64,000 bases of DNA from Hyaloraphidium curvatum SAG 235-1 (GCA_025558095.1 JAIVFI010000012.1:558001-622000); one strand, 5' to 3'; shown: positions 33,313-44,649, counted from the stretch's first letter. Notes: generated by a model from the letters alone, not told the origin. Translations and numbers: made by a program.

Positions 33313-35105
33313 ATGGCGTCCGCCTCGGCCCTCCTGGGCCGCCACGAGTCCTCCCTCGCGCGGCTCAAGCGCAGCGACCTCCCCGCCGTGCTCTCCTCGC
33401 GGCTCGAGTTCAACACGCACCGCGGCGCGCTCGACGCCGAGCTCTCCATGTCGGCGGCCAACGCCCCCTACAACTCCCTCCGCAAGAAGCTGGTGGAGAT
33501 GCAGCTCGACGTGTCGTCGGTGGACGTGCCGCTGGACGACCTGGGGTTGCAGGATCGGAGGAACAATCTGGTGTTCGAGGTGCTGGAGTGCCTGCAGGAG
33601 CTGGACGACCTGCGGCTGGACCAGTTCGAGGAGCTCGCGGGGGGCGGGGCGGCGCCCGAGAAGGAGCCGGTGCAGGAGACGGAGTTCGAAAAGGCGCAGA
33701 GGCTGCGGGCCGAGGCGAGGGCCAAGCGGGACAGGGAGACGCTGGAACGGCGCAGGAGGGAGATGGCGGAGGACGCGCCGCCCGCCGGACCGAGGCGCAC
33801 GCCGACGCCCAAGGAGGAGCCGAAGCGGACGCCGACCCCCAAGGAGGACGACGCGGAGCTCAGGGAGCTCGAGCGGCTGCGGCAGGAAGCCGCGCGGCGG
33901 CGCGAGGAGATCGAGCGGCTGCGGCGCGAAGCCGAGGACCTCGAGAGGGCGGAGCGGCGCCGCGCGGAGGACGAGGCGAGGCGCAGGGCGGAGGAGGAGG
34001 AGAAGCGCAGGCGGAGGGAGGCGGAGGAGGCCAAGCAGAGGGAGGAGGAGAGGCGGGCGGCGAAGCTCAAGGAGCTCGAGGAGGCCGGGCGCAGGGCGGT
34101 GGAGGAGCTCCGGCTCGCGGAGGAGAGGGAGCAGCTGGACCGCGAGGAGGCGGAGCGGCGCGCGCTGGCGGAGCGGTGGGAGCGGGAACGGCGCGACCTG
34201 GAGCGGCGGGAGAAGGAGCGCAGGGACAGGCTGCTCGCGCAGCAGGCCCTCGCGCAGGAGGAAGCCGAGCGCAGGGAACGCCAGCAGCGCGCCGAGGCCG
34301 AAAGGCAGAGGCTCGAAGCGGAGCGGCGGCGCGAGGCGGAACGGCTGGAAAGGCAGCGGCGCGAGCAGATGGAGGAGGAGAGGAGGATACAGGAGGAGAT
34401 CGCGCGGCGGGAGCAGGAGCGGCGCGAGCGGGAGGCGCGCGAGGCGGCGGCGAGGGCCGCGAGGGAGAACGAGCGCAGGGAGGCGGAGCGGCTGGCTGCG
34501 ATGGCGAAGCCGCCACCTCCGGTGGTGGGCCGGGTCGGGTCCGGCGGCGTGAGCCCGATCTCTCCTTCTCCGAGCCCCAAGGCGCCGGAGCTCTCTCCTG
34601 AGGATGTGGAGAAGATCAAGGTGGGCCGCGTGGCTGCTTCCATCTCCGTTCGCTTCTGAAATGTCCTTTCCAGGCCAACGTCGCGAAGTGGCGCGCGCTC
34701 CGGACGAAGATGCCGAGGGAGGAGCAGTTCACCCGGGCCAAGAAGTTCATCGAGGAAGGCAAGGGCATGAAGAAAGCCGGCCACGGTCACCTGGAGGCCA
34801 ACAAGCTCGGCGAGCAGCTCCTGGAGGAGGGCTTCATCTGGATGCGGGACCTCGTCGTGATCAAGAAGGGCGAGCAGATGTTCGTCCCCGCGGTCCTGTA
34901 CCTCGCCAACGAGTACAGGGCCGACAACTTCAAGAGCATGGTCTCGCTGCTGACCTACTGCGCCGAGAGCACCGGCGACCCGGAGTGCTGCCGCCTCGGG
35001 TACGAGGCCTACATGAAGGGCGGACCCGGCGTCCCGGCCAACAAGCGCAAGGCCGAACAGTTCAAGCGCTGGGCCGGGAGCAAATGGAAGGCGATCATTA
35101 TGTAA
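33313..35105 (+). CDS. BAG-like N-terminal domain, long E/R-rich helix, Sel1/TPR-like C-terminal domain (paralog A; 1 intron)
   Basis: YNSLRKKLVEMQLDVSSVD...RRNNLVFEVLECLQELD; about 220-aa ER/K segment; VPAVLYLA...TGDPECC...GGPGVPANKRKA. Confidence 0.7.
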
Positions 35106-35151
35106 CCGGCCGGCCCCTACGGGCCTATCTAGTGGATCTATTGTTCGCTTC

Positions 35152-36462
35152 CTACTCGTCCACGGCATCTTTGCCGAGCGGCGGCTCGGGAAGGCATCCG
35201 AGCCTCACCTTCCCGTCCGGCCCGCGGATGCGCACAACCTCCAGGTAGTGCGGCGGCCTCAGCGGCCCGATGACCCGCCTGTTGCTGTACGGCGCCGGCC
35301 CCGCATAGGTCACGATCGCCCAGTACGTGTCCGGGTTGGGCCCGGGGTCCGAGTAGGCCGGCCACGCCGACTCGTAGTGCGAGTCGCTGAGCTTGCCGTC
35401 CTCGCCCCGCTCGAGCACGCGGAGCGTGTCCATGCTGCCGATGTCCTCCACGCCGATGAGGAGGGAGAGGTCCTGCGGCGCCGTGCCGTTCTCGCGGCCC
35501 TCGACGCGCTGCCCGTCCTCGCCCACGAGCTCCGCAGAAAGCATGGTGTCCTCGTCCCGGTGGAACACCGTCATGCCCCGCGAAAACCCCTCGTTCGACT
35601 CGTGGATCATCTTGAGCACGAACGAGAGCTCCGAGGCGGGCGGCATCGGGGCCGTCAGGGGGGGTACCTGGATGCTCTCGCACTTTTCGACGAGCCCGCG
35701 TTGCACCATCTCGGCGCCGATGCGCTCAAACTCCCTGGCGTGTCCGGGGCGGTCCTCGTAGATGCGCAGCTCTTTGGCCGAGGGGAATGTGAGGGCCAAT
35801 GCCTCCAGGAATGTCTTTTTGAACATCAGGGTGCCCATGAAACGCTGGACGCGCTCCCCCGCCTTGACTTCGTGCGTATACGTGAGCTTCTCCGGGAACT
35901 TTTTGGCCACCGCCACGGGCTCGAAGGGCAGGCTCCATGACCCGGTCGCGGGGTCGTTCGGCGGCTTCAACCCGAGGACATCAAACTCGAAGTTCCTCGA
36001 CTCGCAGAGCCTGCGCACGAGCTTGTTGAACTTGAGGTGCCCCCGGCCGGTCAGGAGCACCGTGAGGGCCTTGGGGTCGGCCATCGATTCGTAGACCTTG
36101 CCCGCCGTCTCCGCCGACCACCTCGATTCGTCCCAGACCCAGCCGCCATCGCGATCCCAGCCTTCGTCCCGCATCCCGACGAGCGATCTCGGGTCGGTCC
36201 ACCATCCGATGGCCGGGACGTATGAGCCCGTCAGGACGCGGAGGATGGTGCCGTCCCAGAGGTCCCGCGACGGCAGCGGGCTCCCGAATATGGTGTTGTC
36301 GAAGTCGAAGACGTTGATCTTTGAGATTTCGGCCGCGGCGCTCGCGAGCTGCGCCGCAGAGCCGTTGGCGAGGGCCGAAGAGTGCGTGGCTGCGACAGCC
36401 GACAGGGGCGCGCCGGAGAGGCCCGCGGGGCGCGCGGGGGGGAGCGCCGCGCCGTGCGACAT
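35152..36462 (-). CDS. HAD-superfamily phosphatase of the Swiss-Army-Knife RNA-repair-like type (HAD_SAK_1)
   Basis: VFDFDNTIFGSPLP, WW, VLLTGR, FDVLGLKP, TLMFKKTFL, IYEDRPGH. Confidence 0.85.
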   Translation of the reverse strand: MSHGAALPPARPAGLSGAPLSAVAATHSSALANGSAAQLASAAAEISKINVFDFDNTIFGSPLPSRDLWDGTILRVLTGSYVPAIGWWTDPRSLVGMRDEGWDRDGGWVWDESRWSAETAGKVYESMADPKALTVLLTGRGHLKFNKLVRRLCESRNFEFDVLGLKPPNDPATGSWSLPFEPVAVAKKFPEKLTYTHEVKAGERVQRFMGTLMFKKTFLEALALTFPSAKELRIYEDRPGHAREFERIGAEMVQRGLVEKCESIQVPPLTAPMPPASELSFVLKMIHESNEGFSRGMTVFHRDEDTMLSAELVGEDGQRVEGRENGTAPQDLSLLIGVEDIGSMDTLRVLERGEDGKLSDSHYESAWPAYSDPGPNPDTYWAIVTYAGPAPYSNRRVIGPLRPPHYLEVVRIRGPDGKVRLGCLPEPPLGKDAVDE

Positions 36463-36698
36463 TGCAAATGCTGCCGTGAGCTGCTGGACACGCTTCATAG
36501 GGGCCCCAGGCTCCCCTTCGCAGGTGTGCTGACGGAGGATCGGATTTCTTCCCGGAACTACCGCCAACCGGCCGGGGCATCACTTCGCTCGTCACGATCG
36601 GCTCAAAAGTGCTTCCAAAACCGCGGCTTCATACTTGCAACTGATTACATACTCAATAAGAAAGCATATGGATCCGGTCGAACGATTTCGACCGCGCG

Positions 36699-38284
36699 TC
36701 AGGCATCCGCAGGCAGGTCCAACGTGTTGCCCATGTTCATCCGAGAGAACGAGGCATACCTGTGATGAGACGCCGTCAGCTCCGAGATCGGAAGACAGAG
36801 ACGGGTAACACTCACATCGAATCGTTGGTCGACTTCATCACCTGCTGCAAGAACGCCGCGTAGTCAGGCACCTGGTTCGCCTGCGCCTCGAGATGGATGA
36901 CATTGAAAACGCCGTCGTGAATGGTCTGCACGTGCTTGGCAAAGAGCTCCTCGGTCCCTCTGGTAGTTTTGTTGAGGGGGAAGAAGAAGTAATGGACCTT
37001 CTTGATCGCGCAGAGCTCGCTCAAGATGTCGCGGTAGTCGGAGGGCTTGATCCCGGCGGGATCCGGCTTGTCGTCTTCATAGTACCTGTCTGCGGATCTG
37101 CCGACGTCCCTGAACATCTTGCCGTGCGGCGGAGCATCCAGGATGTGGATGAGAACCCGCGCCAACGAGTCACTGCGCCAGTCCAGAGCGATCGCCTTCT
37201 TGAGGCCGCCGAGGACATCCTCGGCCCAATCACCACCGAATCCCGAGAGAGCCTGCACGCTCTGCAGCTGCGGCGCGACGGCCTCGACCGTTCCGAACGG
37301 GATGACTTCGTAGTTCGGCCTCCCGCGATCGTCAAAGTCCCTGTAGCCGATGAACGCCATCCGAACGTTCACGTGAGGGAAACTCTTCTGAAGCTCGCCG
37401 AGGAGTTCGCTGACGATCTTTTTCGTGTAGCCGATGAGAGTCGTCATTGATCCCTGGTTGGTGGAAGCGACGGATCGTCAGTTTTCGGCAGTCCGTAAGG
37501 AATCTGCGCGGGAACGAACCGTGCAATCGACCATGAAGGCAATGTCGACGGTCACGTTCATGCTCGTTAGAGTTCGCGACGTCCGGTAATCCGCAAGGGC
37601 CTTCTTCAGGAAATCGCGTATGTCTCCATCCTCCATGGTCTTGACCGCCTCTTTGAGCTTCCTGATCTCGTCCGATAGCTTGTTGAACGGGACCTGGAGC
37701 TGAATCGCGAGGTTCTCGCGTCCCCCCTCTTCCATGCCATTCTTCCGCTCCCGGGCAACCTGCAACCATTTCTCCTCGTCCTCGGCAATGGCATCCTCCA
37801 TTCTGTCTGCCGCTGCCGTAAGGTCGTCCTCGAGGTTGTACATCTCCTGCCGCAGTCTCCGGCTCGCGTCATCTCCGTGCTCGGTCGCGAAGCACATGGT
37901 CCTAATCAGCTCCTTTTGGATCGCCATCTGAATCTCTGCGATGCTCTCGTGCTGGATTTTCCTTTGCCGCATATCGTCCGCGAGGTTGAGGAGGTTCTCC
38001 ACCACGTTCCGCGGCTGCAGCGACGTCAGGTACTTGAGTGTGACCTGTTGCGCGCTGTTGAGCCGCATGAGGCCACCGCGGACGGCGCTCTCGGCTTCGG
38101 GATCCATGGAAATGCCCTGCTGCTGGAGCTTCAACATCTGGGCCTCGAGGGTCCCGATGCACTCCGCCCATCGGTTCGCGAGCTGGAGGCACGACTTCTT
38201 CGCACCGGTGATGAGGTTTGCAACATTCTTGATGACCCGCGACGAGCTGCTGAGTGACTTGAGCGTTGCAAGAGGGTCGGCCAT
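36699..38284 (-). CDS. MLKL/RPW8-like N-terminal helical domain + coiled coil + vWA domain (VwkA-type); 3 exons
   Basis: N-terminal IKNVANLITGAKKSCLQLANRW; spliced MIDAS DIAFMVDCT|GSM, FIGYRD, GGDWAEDVLGGL, LDW, DAPPHG; last exon YASFSRMNMGNTLDLPADA*. Confidence 0.8.
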
Positions 38285-38534
38285 CCTTTCTCCTTCCTAT
38301 AGTCGGGCGAACCGCTCCCGCCTCGACGACGCCGCTTTCTGTCCCGCAGACCGTCACTGATAAGCGTCAGGATAACAATCGCGGTCCCAAAAGGCCGCCG
38401 ACAGCGCGAAAGCGGGCCCGACGCGTAATCAATCGAGCAGGTGTCTCGTCAGGGCGCGCAGAACCCGCGCGCGCGCCCCCCGCGTGCCGCGCTACTGCGA
38501 CCCGATCGTTCCATCGCCCGCGGCCGGAGCGGTC

Positions 38535-40637
38535 ATGGCGCCCGCCGATGACGATCTGCATAAGCTGCGTTCGCGTCTCGATGGCCTGCGGACGTCGGAA
38601 CTCCGCGCTGCGCTCGCATCGCCGCTCGATTTCCGCGTCGGCCGTGGCGCGCTCGATGCCGAGCTGACCAACTCGCCGATGGTGAGCCATCGCGCCTTCG
38701 GAACGTTCTCAAGAGGGGCTAAATGCGCGTCCAACCCGCAGAACGCGCGCTTTTCGAATTTGCAGCGGTCCCTGAACGACGTGCAGATGGAGCTCGCCGG
38801 CCTGGACATTCCTGTGGACAACCTGGAGCTGTTGGATCAGCGGACGGCTCTGATGGAAACCGCGCTGGACGCGCTGCAGAAGCTGGACGACTACAAGGAC
38901 AAGCAGTTCGGGGAACGGGGCAGTTCCGCCGGCGATTCACCCCCAAAGACTCCCGAGACAAGGTCCGCGGCCCCCAGCCCGCCGAAGGCCAGCAGCAGCA
39001 AGGACAAGACTGCGCCGAAAAAGAACGCCGCGGGCAAGAAGCTCGATGATGAGAATGATTTTCTGCGGCAGGACCACGAGAACTACCTGCGGTCTTACGA
39101 GCGGCAGAGGGAGCAAAAGGAAATCGAGGCGGAAGAGCGGAGAAAGCACGACGAAGAAAAGCTCCGGAAGATGAACGAGGAAAAAGCCCGGAAGCAGGCC
39201 CAGGCCGCCGGCAAGCAGGCTCTCGCGCCGCCGCCCAGTAGCGCATCCGCTCCGCTGACAGCGCAACAGAAGGACACCGCATTGGCCGTCAGCGCGAGCG
39301 CTGCCCTGAAGGGCATTGATCTTGCTACGTCGGCCGGGGGCACAGCTTTTACGACCAAGGGAGATACCGCTCCTCCCCGGAGCTCACTATCTGCTCCCTT
39401 GTCGAGCTCCCTCGCGAAGCAATCCGGATCCGGATCCGGTTCTGTTTCCTCTTCGAACATTGAGAAGTCTGTCTCAATCCCACGGCAACCGGATCCAACA
39501 GTGCCCGTCACATCCCCGGTATCCCCGGATGCCTCTTTGAGTCTAAAGTATACGTCTGCCTCGACGACGTCGTCTTCGACCAGCTCGGGTTACTCGGTGC
39601 CATTCAACGACGAGCCGCCTTCTTCCAGCGCGCTTGTGGAGAGTGCAGCTGCCCGGTCGGCGCTCGGTTCCCGTATCTCGGTCACGCCGCCGACCGTCCC
39701 TGCCGGTGCCTTGGCGACCAGTGTGTCTGCTCAGTATCCTCTGTCGAACAGCGTGACTGCTCAGTATCCTCCGTCGAACAGCTCGGCATGGGCGCCGCCT
39801 AAATCGACGCCGTCGGCGCCATTGGTCGCGCTGGCGAAACCGCAGAGCACTGAAGACTTTGGCCTGCGGCCCCCGTCGGCTCCCCCCGAACCCAAAACGG
39901 AACCTGCGATGAGCCAGCTGGTGCCAATGCTGGACAACCCCGACGCAAGAGCACTCTCGGTTCCCGGGCCCAGCGGTGCCCTCGGATCCACCGGCACGGT
40001 GGCCGATCGTCCGCCCATCCGGACCTCGTCTCTCCCTTCTTCCCCCTTGGGTGCTCCGCCACGAGCGGCAGACGGCCTTCCGGAGCCGCCCAAGGCCCCG
40101 CCAAAGGATGTGGGAGGTACCGTCCTCATGGATCCAAGAGTAGCGCAGGAACGGCGCGAGGTGCTCAAATTGCCGCCAAACAAGGTCTATGCGCGGGCGA
40201 TGGAGATGCGCGACCAGGCCGCGCGCCTCGCCCGGGAGCCCGATCCGGACGGCCGGAACGCGCAGACGATCCGGGTGCTCCAAGGCGAGGTCCAATTCTA
40301 CCTCGAGCTCTCCGCTTTGGACCAGAAGAGCCCCCATCTGCCCGCGGTCCAGTACCTCGCGGAGCTGTACCAGAACACGGGGCACACCAAGCAGGCGCTG
40401 ACCTTTTGGGAACACGGGGCAAAGTGGACCGGCGACCCCAACTGCGTCAAGAAGGCGGCGGACATTTGGGAAATGGGGATTCCGGGGCAGCTGCAGGCGG
40501 ATCCGGCGAAAGCCAAGGAGATTCGGAAGTGGGAGTCCAAGGGCGGGGATCCAAATCGGTTTAAGGAGCTGAAAGCCAAGCCGAAGAAGGACGAAGGCGC
40601 GACGGACACGCTCAAGAGGATGTTTAAGAAGGGTTGA
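38535..40637 (+). CDS. BAG-like N-terminal domain, Ser/Pro-rich disordered linker, Sel1/TPR-like C-terminal domain (paralog B)
   Basis: LDF..RGALDAEL shared with paralog A; FSNLQRSLNDVQMELAGLD...QRTALMETALDALQKLDD; LPAVQYLA...TGDPNC...GIPGQLQADPAKA. Confidence 0.7.
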   Translation: MAPADDDLHKLRSRLDGLRTSELRAALASPLDFRVGRGALDAELTNSPMVSHRAFGTFSRGAKCASNPQNARFSNLQRSLNDVQMELAGLDIPVDNLELLDQRTALMETALDALQKLDDYKDKQFGERGSSAGDSPPKTPETRSAAPSPPKASSSKDKTAPKKNAAGKKLDDENDFLRQDHENYLRSYERQREQKEIEAEERRKHDEEKLRKMNEEKARKQAQAAGKQALAPPPSSASAPLTAQQKDTALAVSASAALKGIDLATSAGGTAFTTKGDTAPPRSSLSAPLSSSLAKQSGSGSGSVSSSNIEKSVSIPRQPDPTVPVTSPVSPDASLSLKYTSASTTSSSTSSGYSVPFNDEPPSSSALVESAAARSALGSRISVTPPTVPAGALATSVSAQYPLSNSVTAQYPPSNSSAWAPPKSTPSAPLVALAKPQSTEDFGLRPPSAPPEPKTEPAMSQLVPMLDNPDARALSVPGPSGALGSTGTVADRPPIRTSSLPSSPLGAPPRAADGLPEPPKAPPKDVGGTVLMDPRVAQERREVLKLPPNKVYARAMEMRDQAARLAREPDPDGRNAQTIRVLQGEVQFYLELSALDQKSPHLPAVQYLAELYQNTGHTKQALTFWEHGAKWTGDPNCVKKAADIWEMGIPGQLQADPAKAKEIRKWESKGGDPNRFKELKAKPKKDEGATDTLKRMFKKG

Positions 40638-40674
40638 GGCGCATTACATTGCGCCGGCCACTAGTATATGTTGT

Positions 40675-42468
40675 TCAGAGTTTGGCCTGGTATAGATCTC
40701 CGTATTTCTGCCTCAGGTAGCCGAGGAAAACGTCCGCGTCGGCCTCGGTTCCGCACACGCGCCGGCACAGTGCGTCGATCCCGCCGTCGGCGCCGCCCCA
40801 GTCCCAGATGCGGTCGCGCAGCCAGTCCCGGATCGGCGCAAGATCGCCCGCCGCGATCTTGTCCAGGAGGCCGGGGATCTCGGCTGACGCACGCTGGAAG
40901 AACTGTGCGCACAAAATGGCCCCGAACGAGTAGGTCGGAACTTTAAACGGATTGGGGCTCGTTAGGGTGATCGGGGAGACGCAGGGAAGGCAATGCTCAC
41001 AGTAGCCGAAAGACCCGCTGCTCCAATGCACATCCTGCAGGCAGCCCAAAGTGTCGGTCGGGACTTCCACGCCGAGGTATTCCTTCATCTTGGCGTTCCA
41101 AACGGCCGGCACGTCGGCCACAGCGAGGGAGCCATCCATGAGCGCCAGCTCGATCTCGAACCGGAGGACGATCTGGGGTTCCACAAGGTCAGAAACACGA
41201 ATACATAGGCAGTACGGCTCTGCCTCACATGCAACGGGTAGGTAACCTCGTCCGCCTCCACGCGGATGAAGCCGGGCTTAACGTGGTTGATGCCGCGGTA
41301 GAACGCGTCGGCGTCCCAACCTTCCACCTCCACGCCCTTGGCCTCGAACGCTTTCCTGATCCCGTCCCAATCCCCCGCCGGCCCGGCCCAGAACTCCTTC
41401 CGGAGGCCGATCATGCGTTCAAAGAAGAGACTCTGGCTCTCGTGCGCGGCCATGCCCGCCGCCTCGCTGATCGGTTGCAGGTCGTTCCGGCGGCCCTGCT
41501 CGTAGAGGGCGTGCCCCGTCTCGTGCGTGGTTCCGGTCAGGGATTCCGCGAGCGACTCGGGGTCGTATCGCGTGGTCATCCGCACGTCGGTCGGGTGGGA
41601 AGGGCCGCCGGTGAAGGGATGCAGGGATTTGTCCAGACGGCCACGAGCAACGTCGAACCCGAGGCGGGTCGCGAGGGCGTCGTTGATCTCCTTCTGCAGC
41701 TCGACATCGAACTTGAGCTTCGTGCCATCGGGAGCGGTGAGAAGGGGGCGGGAGGAGGCATGGGCGGGGGAGGAGGTGATGGTCTTGATCCTGAATGTTC
41801 ACAATGAGGCAACGGAAGATGAGTAAAGTCCAACGGGCATCAGGTCGAGCTCACATCGGTATGAGCTCCGCCTTGAGCGTCTGGAACACGCTCCGCACGC
41901 GCTCGGTGGTCAGCCCGCGCTCGTACATGTCCAGCAGGAAGTCGTACACCGGCATGTCCGGCTCCACTAGCCGCGCCTGCTCCCTCCTGAGGTCCACCCA
42001 CTCCTGCACAATCGGCGCGAACTGTGCCCACGAGTTGCCCGCCCTCGCCTCAGCCCAGACCTCGTACCCGCGCGACTCGAGCTCGGCCATCTTCGTGGCC
42101 AGCGACCTCGGCGTCCGGATCAGGCGAAGATAGTTGCGCCGGGCCAGCAGCACGTTGGCGCGCTCTCGCTCGCCAAGCGCGTCGGCGTCCTTGGCGCACT
42201 CCTCGAGCAGACTGCCCAGGGCCGGGTCCGCGCTCTTGTCGTACGCGATGCCGGCGATGGCCTCCATCTGCTTCGATCGCACGTCGGCAGCCTTGGGCGG
42301 CATGTCTTTTCGGCGCGTCAGCGGGGATCCGACACGTCCAAAGGCGGTATACGTACAGGTGAGCTGGTCCCACGACAGGAGGCCCGAAACGCCGGAAAGA
42401 AGCGTCAACTCGGCAAGCTTCGCCGTCAATGCCGCGTAGGACGCGCGGACAGGTGCGGTGGCGGCCAT
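40675..42468 (-). CDS. Carboxypeptidase Taq family (M32) metallocarboxypeptidase, multi-exon
   Basis: LLSWDQ, HPF, DVRMTTRY, HETGHALYEQG, HESQSLFFE, IRVEADEVTYPLH, GCLQDVHWS.G.FGY.PTY. Confidence 0.93.
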
Positions 42469-42603
42469 TGCGACGGGAGACCAATGTTGTTTGTGTGCCT
42501 CTCCACGACGCGACTTTCGCCCAGCCTAGCAGCTACCGTGAATCAGGCGAGGCGTCTCCGACCAGTACGCCAGCATTCAAAGCAGAAGTGGCCCCAACAG
42601 AGA

Positions 42604-44058
42604 TCACTTGATCCCGAGATTCGCCATCCCCGGCTCGAGCCCCTCCTTCATCCTCGCCATCTCCTTGCCCAGGTCCCGCACCTGCCTCCTCAGCGTCCTG
42701 ATTTCGGCATCCCGTTCGGATATCTCGGCGCGGTGCCGCTCGATCTCGGCGGCGGGGAGCGCATCCACGGGCGTTGGTGCCTTGCGGGGCTTTTCCCGCT
42801 GCCCCTTGAGGGCCTCGTCGCGCTCCTTGACGGCGGCGTTGCGTTCCTTTGCGGCGGCGTCGCGATCGCGGACGGCCGATTCCCGCTCCCGCACCGCCGC
42901 GTCACGATCTCGCTCCGCGGCGGCCCGATCTCGCACCGCCACCTCCCGCTCCCGTTTCGCGGCGTCCCGCTCGCGCACTGCGGCGTCCCGCTCGCGCACG
43001 GCGGCATCCCGTTCGTGTGCCGCGGCGGCGTCCCGCTCCCGCCGGACCGAGTCGAGCTCCCGCACCGCGGCCTCCCGCTCCCGCACGGCCGAAGCCAGCT
43101 GCCCCGCCAGCCGATCGCGCTCCGCCTCGGCGACCCTCCTTTCCGCGACCAGCGCGTCGCGCTCCTTGGCGAGGAGCTCCCTGTCCCTGTGCCCTGCGTC
43201 CGATCCGCGGGCGAGGCGGTTCCTCAGCTCGTCGCACTTGGCCCGCAGCGCCGCGGCGTCCCTCTTGGCGTCCTCCGCGGCCAACAGCGCGGCGTCCCTC
43301 TCGCGCTCGGCGGCGGCGGCCCTCGCGAGCGCGTTGCCGGCGTCCGTGCCCCGCTGGGCCTGCTTGAGCAGGCCATTGTAGGCCACGCGGAGCTGCTCGT
43401 ACTGGGCCTCGAGCTCCTCGTGGTCCCGGAGCAGGTCGTTGTGGTTCCTTTGAAACACCCTGAATTGCTGGGTTTCCGTGCCCTCCTGCAGCATGTGGTC
43501 GATCGCCGCGCGGATCGAGGACGTCGGGGCCAGGAAGTCCGCCGGCGCCTTGCCCTGCTTGTTCAGGATCGCCGGATCGATGCCCGGGGCACGCAGCAGC
43601 ACGTCTGCGACATCCTCCCGCCCGTTCTGGCACGCCGCGTGCAAAGCCGTATCGCCCGTGTGCTTGTTCTTCAGGTTCAGGTCGACGCCGCGCTCGCTGC
43701 ACACGGCCCTGACGACGTCGACGAAGCCGGCGCGGCACGCGATCATGAGTCCCGTGTCGTCGTGCTTGTCGCGGCGGTTCGCGTCCGCGCCGGCCTTGAC
43801 GAGCAGCAGCGCGCAGTCAGGCGAGCCGGCGCCGCAAGCCGAGATGAACGCCGTGGCGCCGCCCACATCGGCGGCGTCGATGTCGCACAGCCCTTTGCGC
43901 GAGAGCAGCAGCCGCAGCACGCCGGCCTGGCGGTGGCGCGCCGCCGCGAGGAGCGCGGGAGCCGCGTCGCGCCGCGCCGCCGGCGTGTCGAGCAGCCGCC
44001 GCACGGCGTCCTCGCGGCCCGCAGCGCACGCCGCAACGAGTCCGCTGGGGTCCGCCAT
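42604..44058 (-). CDS. Ankyrin-repeat protein with C-terminal coiled coil
   Basis: GATAFISAC, DTGLMIAC, GDTALHAACQNG, GKAPAD; heptad AAVRERD repeats. Confidence 0.85.
   Translation of the reverse strand: MADPSGLVAACAAGREDAVRRLLDTPAARRDAAPALLAAARHRQAGVLRLLLSRKGLCDIDAADVGGATAFISACGAGSPDCALLLVKAGADANRRDKHDDTGLMIACRAGFVDVVRAVCSERGVDLNLKNKHTGDTALHAACQNGREDVADVLLRAPGIDPAILNKQGKAPADFLAPTSSIRAAIDHMLQEGTETQQFRVFQRNHNDLLRDHEELEAQYEQLRVAYNGLLKQAQRGTDAGNALARAAAAERERDAALLAAEDAKRDAAALRAKCDELRNRLARGSDAGHRDRELLAKERDALVAERRVAEAERDRLAGQLASAVREREAAVRELDSVRRERDAAAAHERDAAVRERDAAVRERDAAKREREVAVRDRAAAERDRDAAVRERESAVRDRDAAAKERNAAVKERDEALKGQREKPRKAPTPVDALPAAEIERHRAEISERDAEIRTLRRQVRDLGKEMARMKEGLEPGMANLGIK
42820..43100 (-). 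repeat. 21-bp coding tandem repeat (AAVRERD-like heptad), about 12 copies
   Basis: Repeated gcggcgtcccgctcgcgcac-type units on the + strand. Confidence 0.85.
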
Positions 44059-44649
44059 GCAATGGAGGCGCAATATGCAGTCGCCTGCCTCCTGTGTCCG
44101 TGACTGACTGATTTCCCCGGCCTGAGTTCTGGGAGGCGACGCCGGCGATGGACCCACTCTTTTCCTCCGCCCAACGTGACGCTGTCGGCCGACGATGTCT
44201 TGGAATCTTCATTCAGCGATTCACATCACCGGATTCCAGCAGTCAAGCACTGGATGGATGATGGCGACGGAAGGAAGTAAGCAACTTGCGATGCTCAAGG
44301 CCCGCATTCACAAGACAACCATGAGAGATTCATCAAAAACAGGAGCCTCGATGACTGATGCCTTGCCTGGTTCTCTTTGCGCCGGATTTCTGGCCCGGAT
44401 TTCGGAGTTTTGGCCACATCAAATGCCGAGAATCGATATACGGCCGCAGTTCTCAGTTCTCCATCGGTGGAGCGGGGATAGCTCCCGGACCTAGAATGGC
44501 AAGGAACACTTCGACCTGATCTCAATCCGGCTGCTGAAGTATTCCCTACCCATGAGAGAACCGTCCGGGGGACCGCAAAGAGTTGGGCCTACATTTTTCC
44601 GACCATCACGTCGGTCTGCCTGCCCATCCCCGAGCTCAGGCCACCTACG

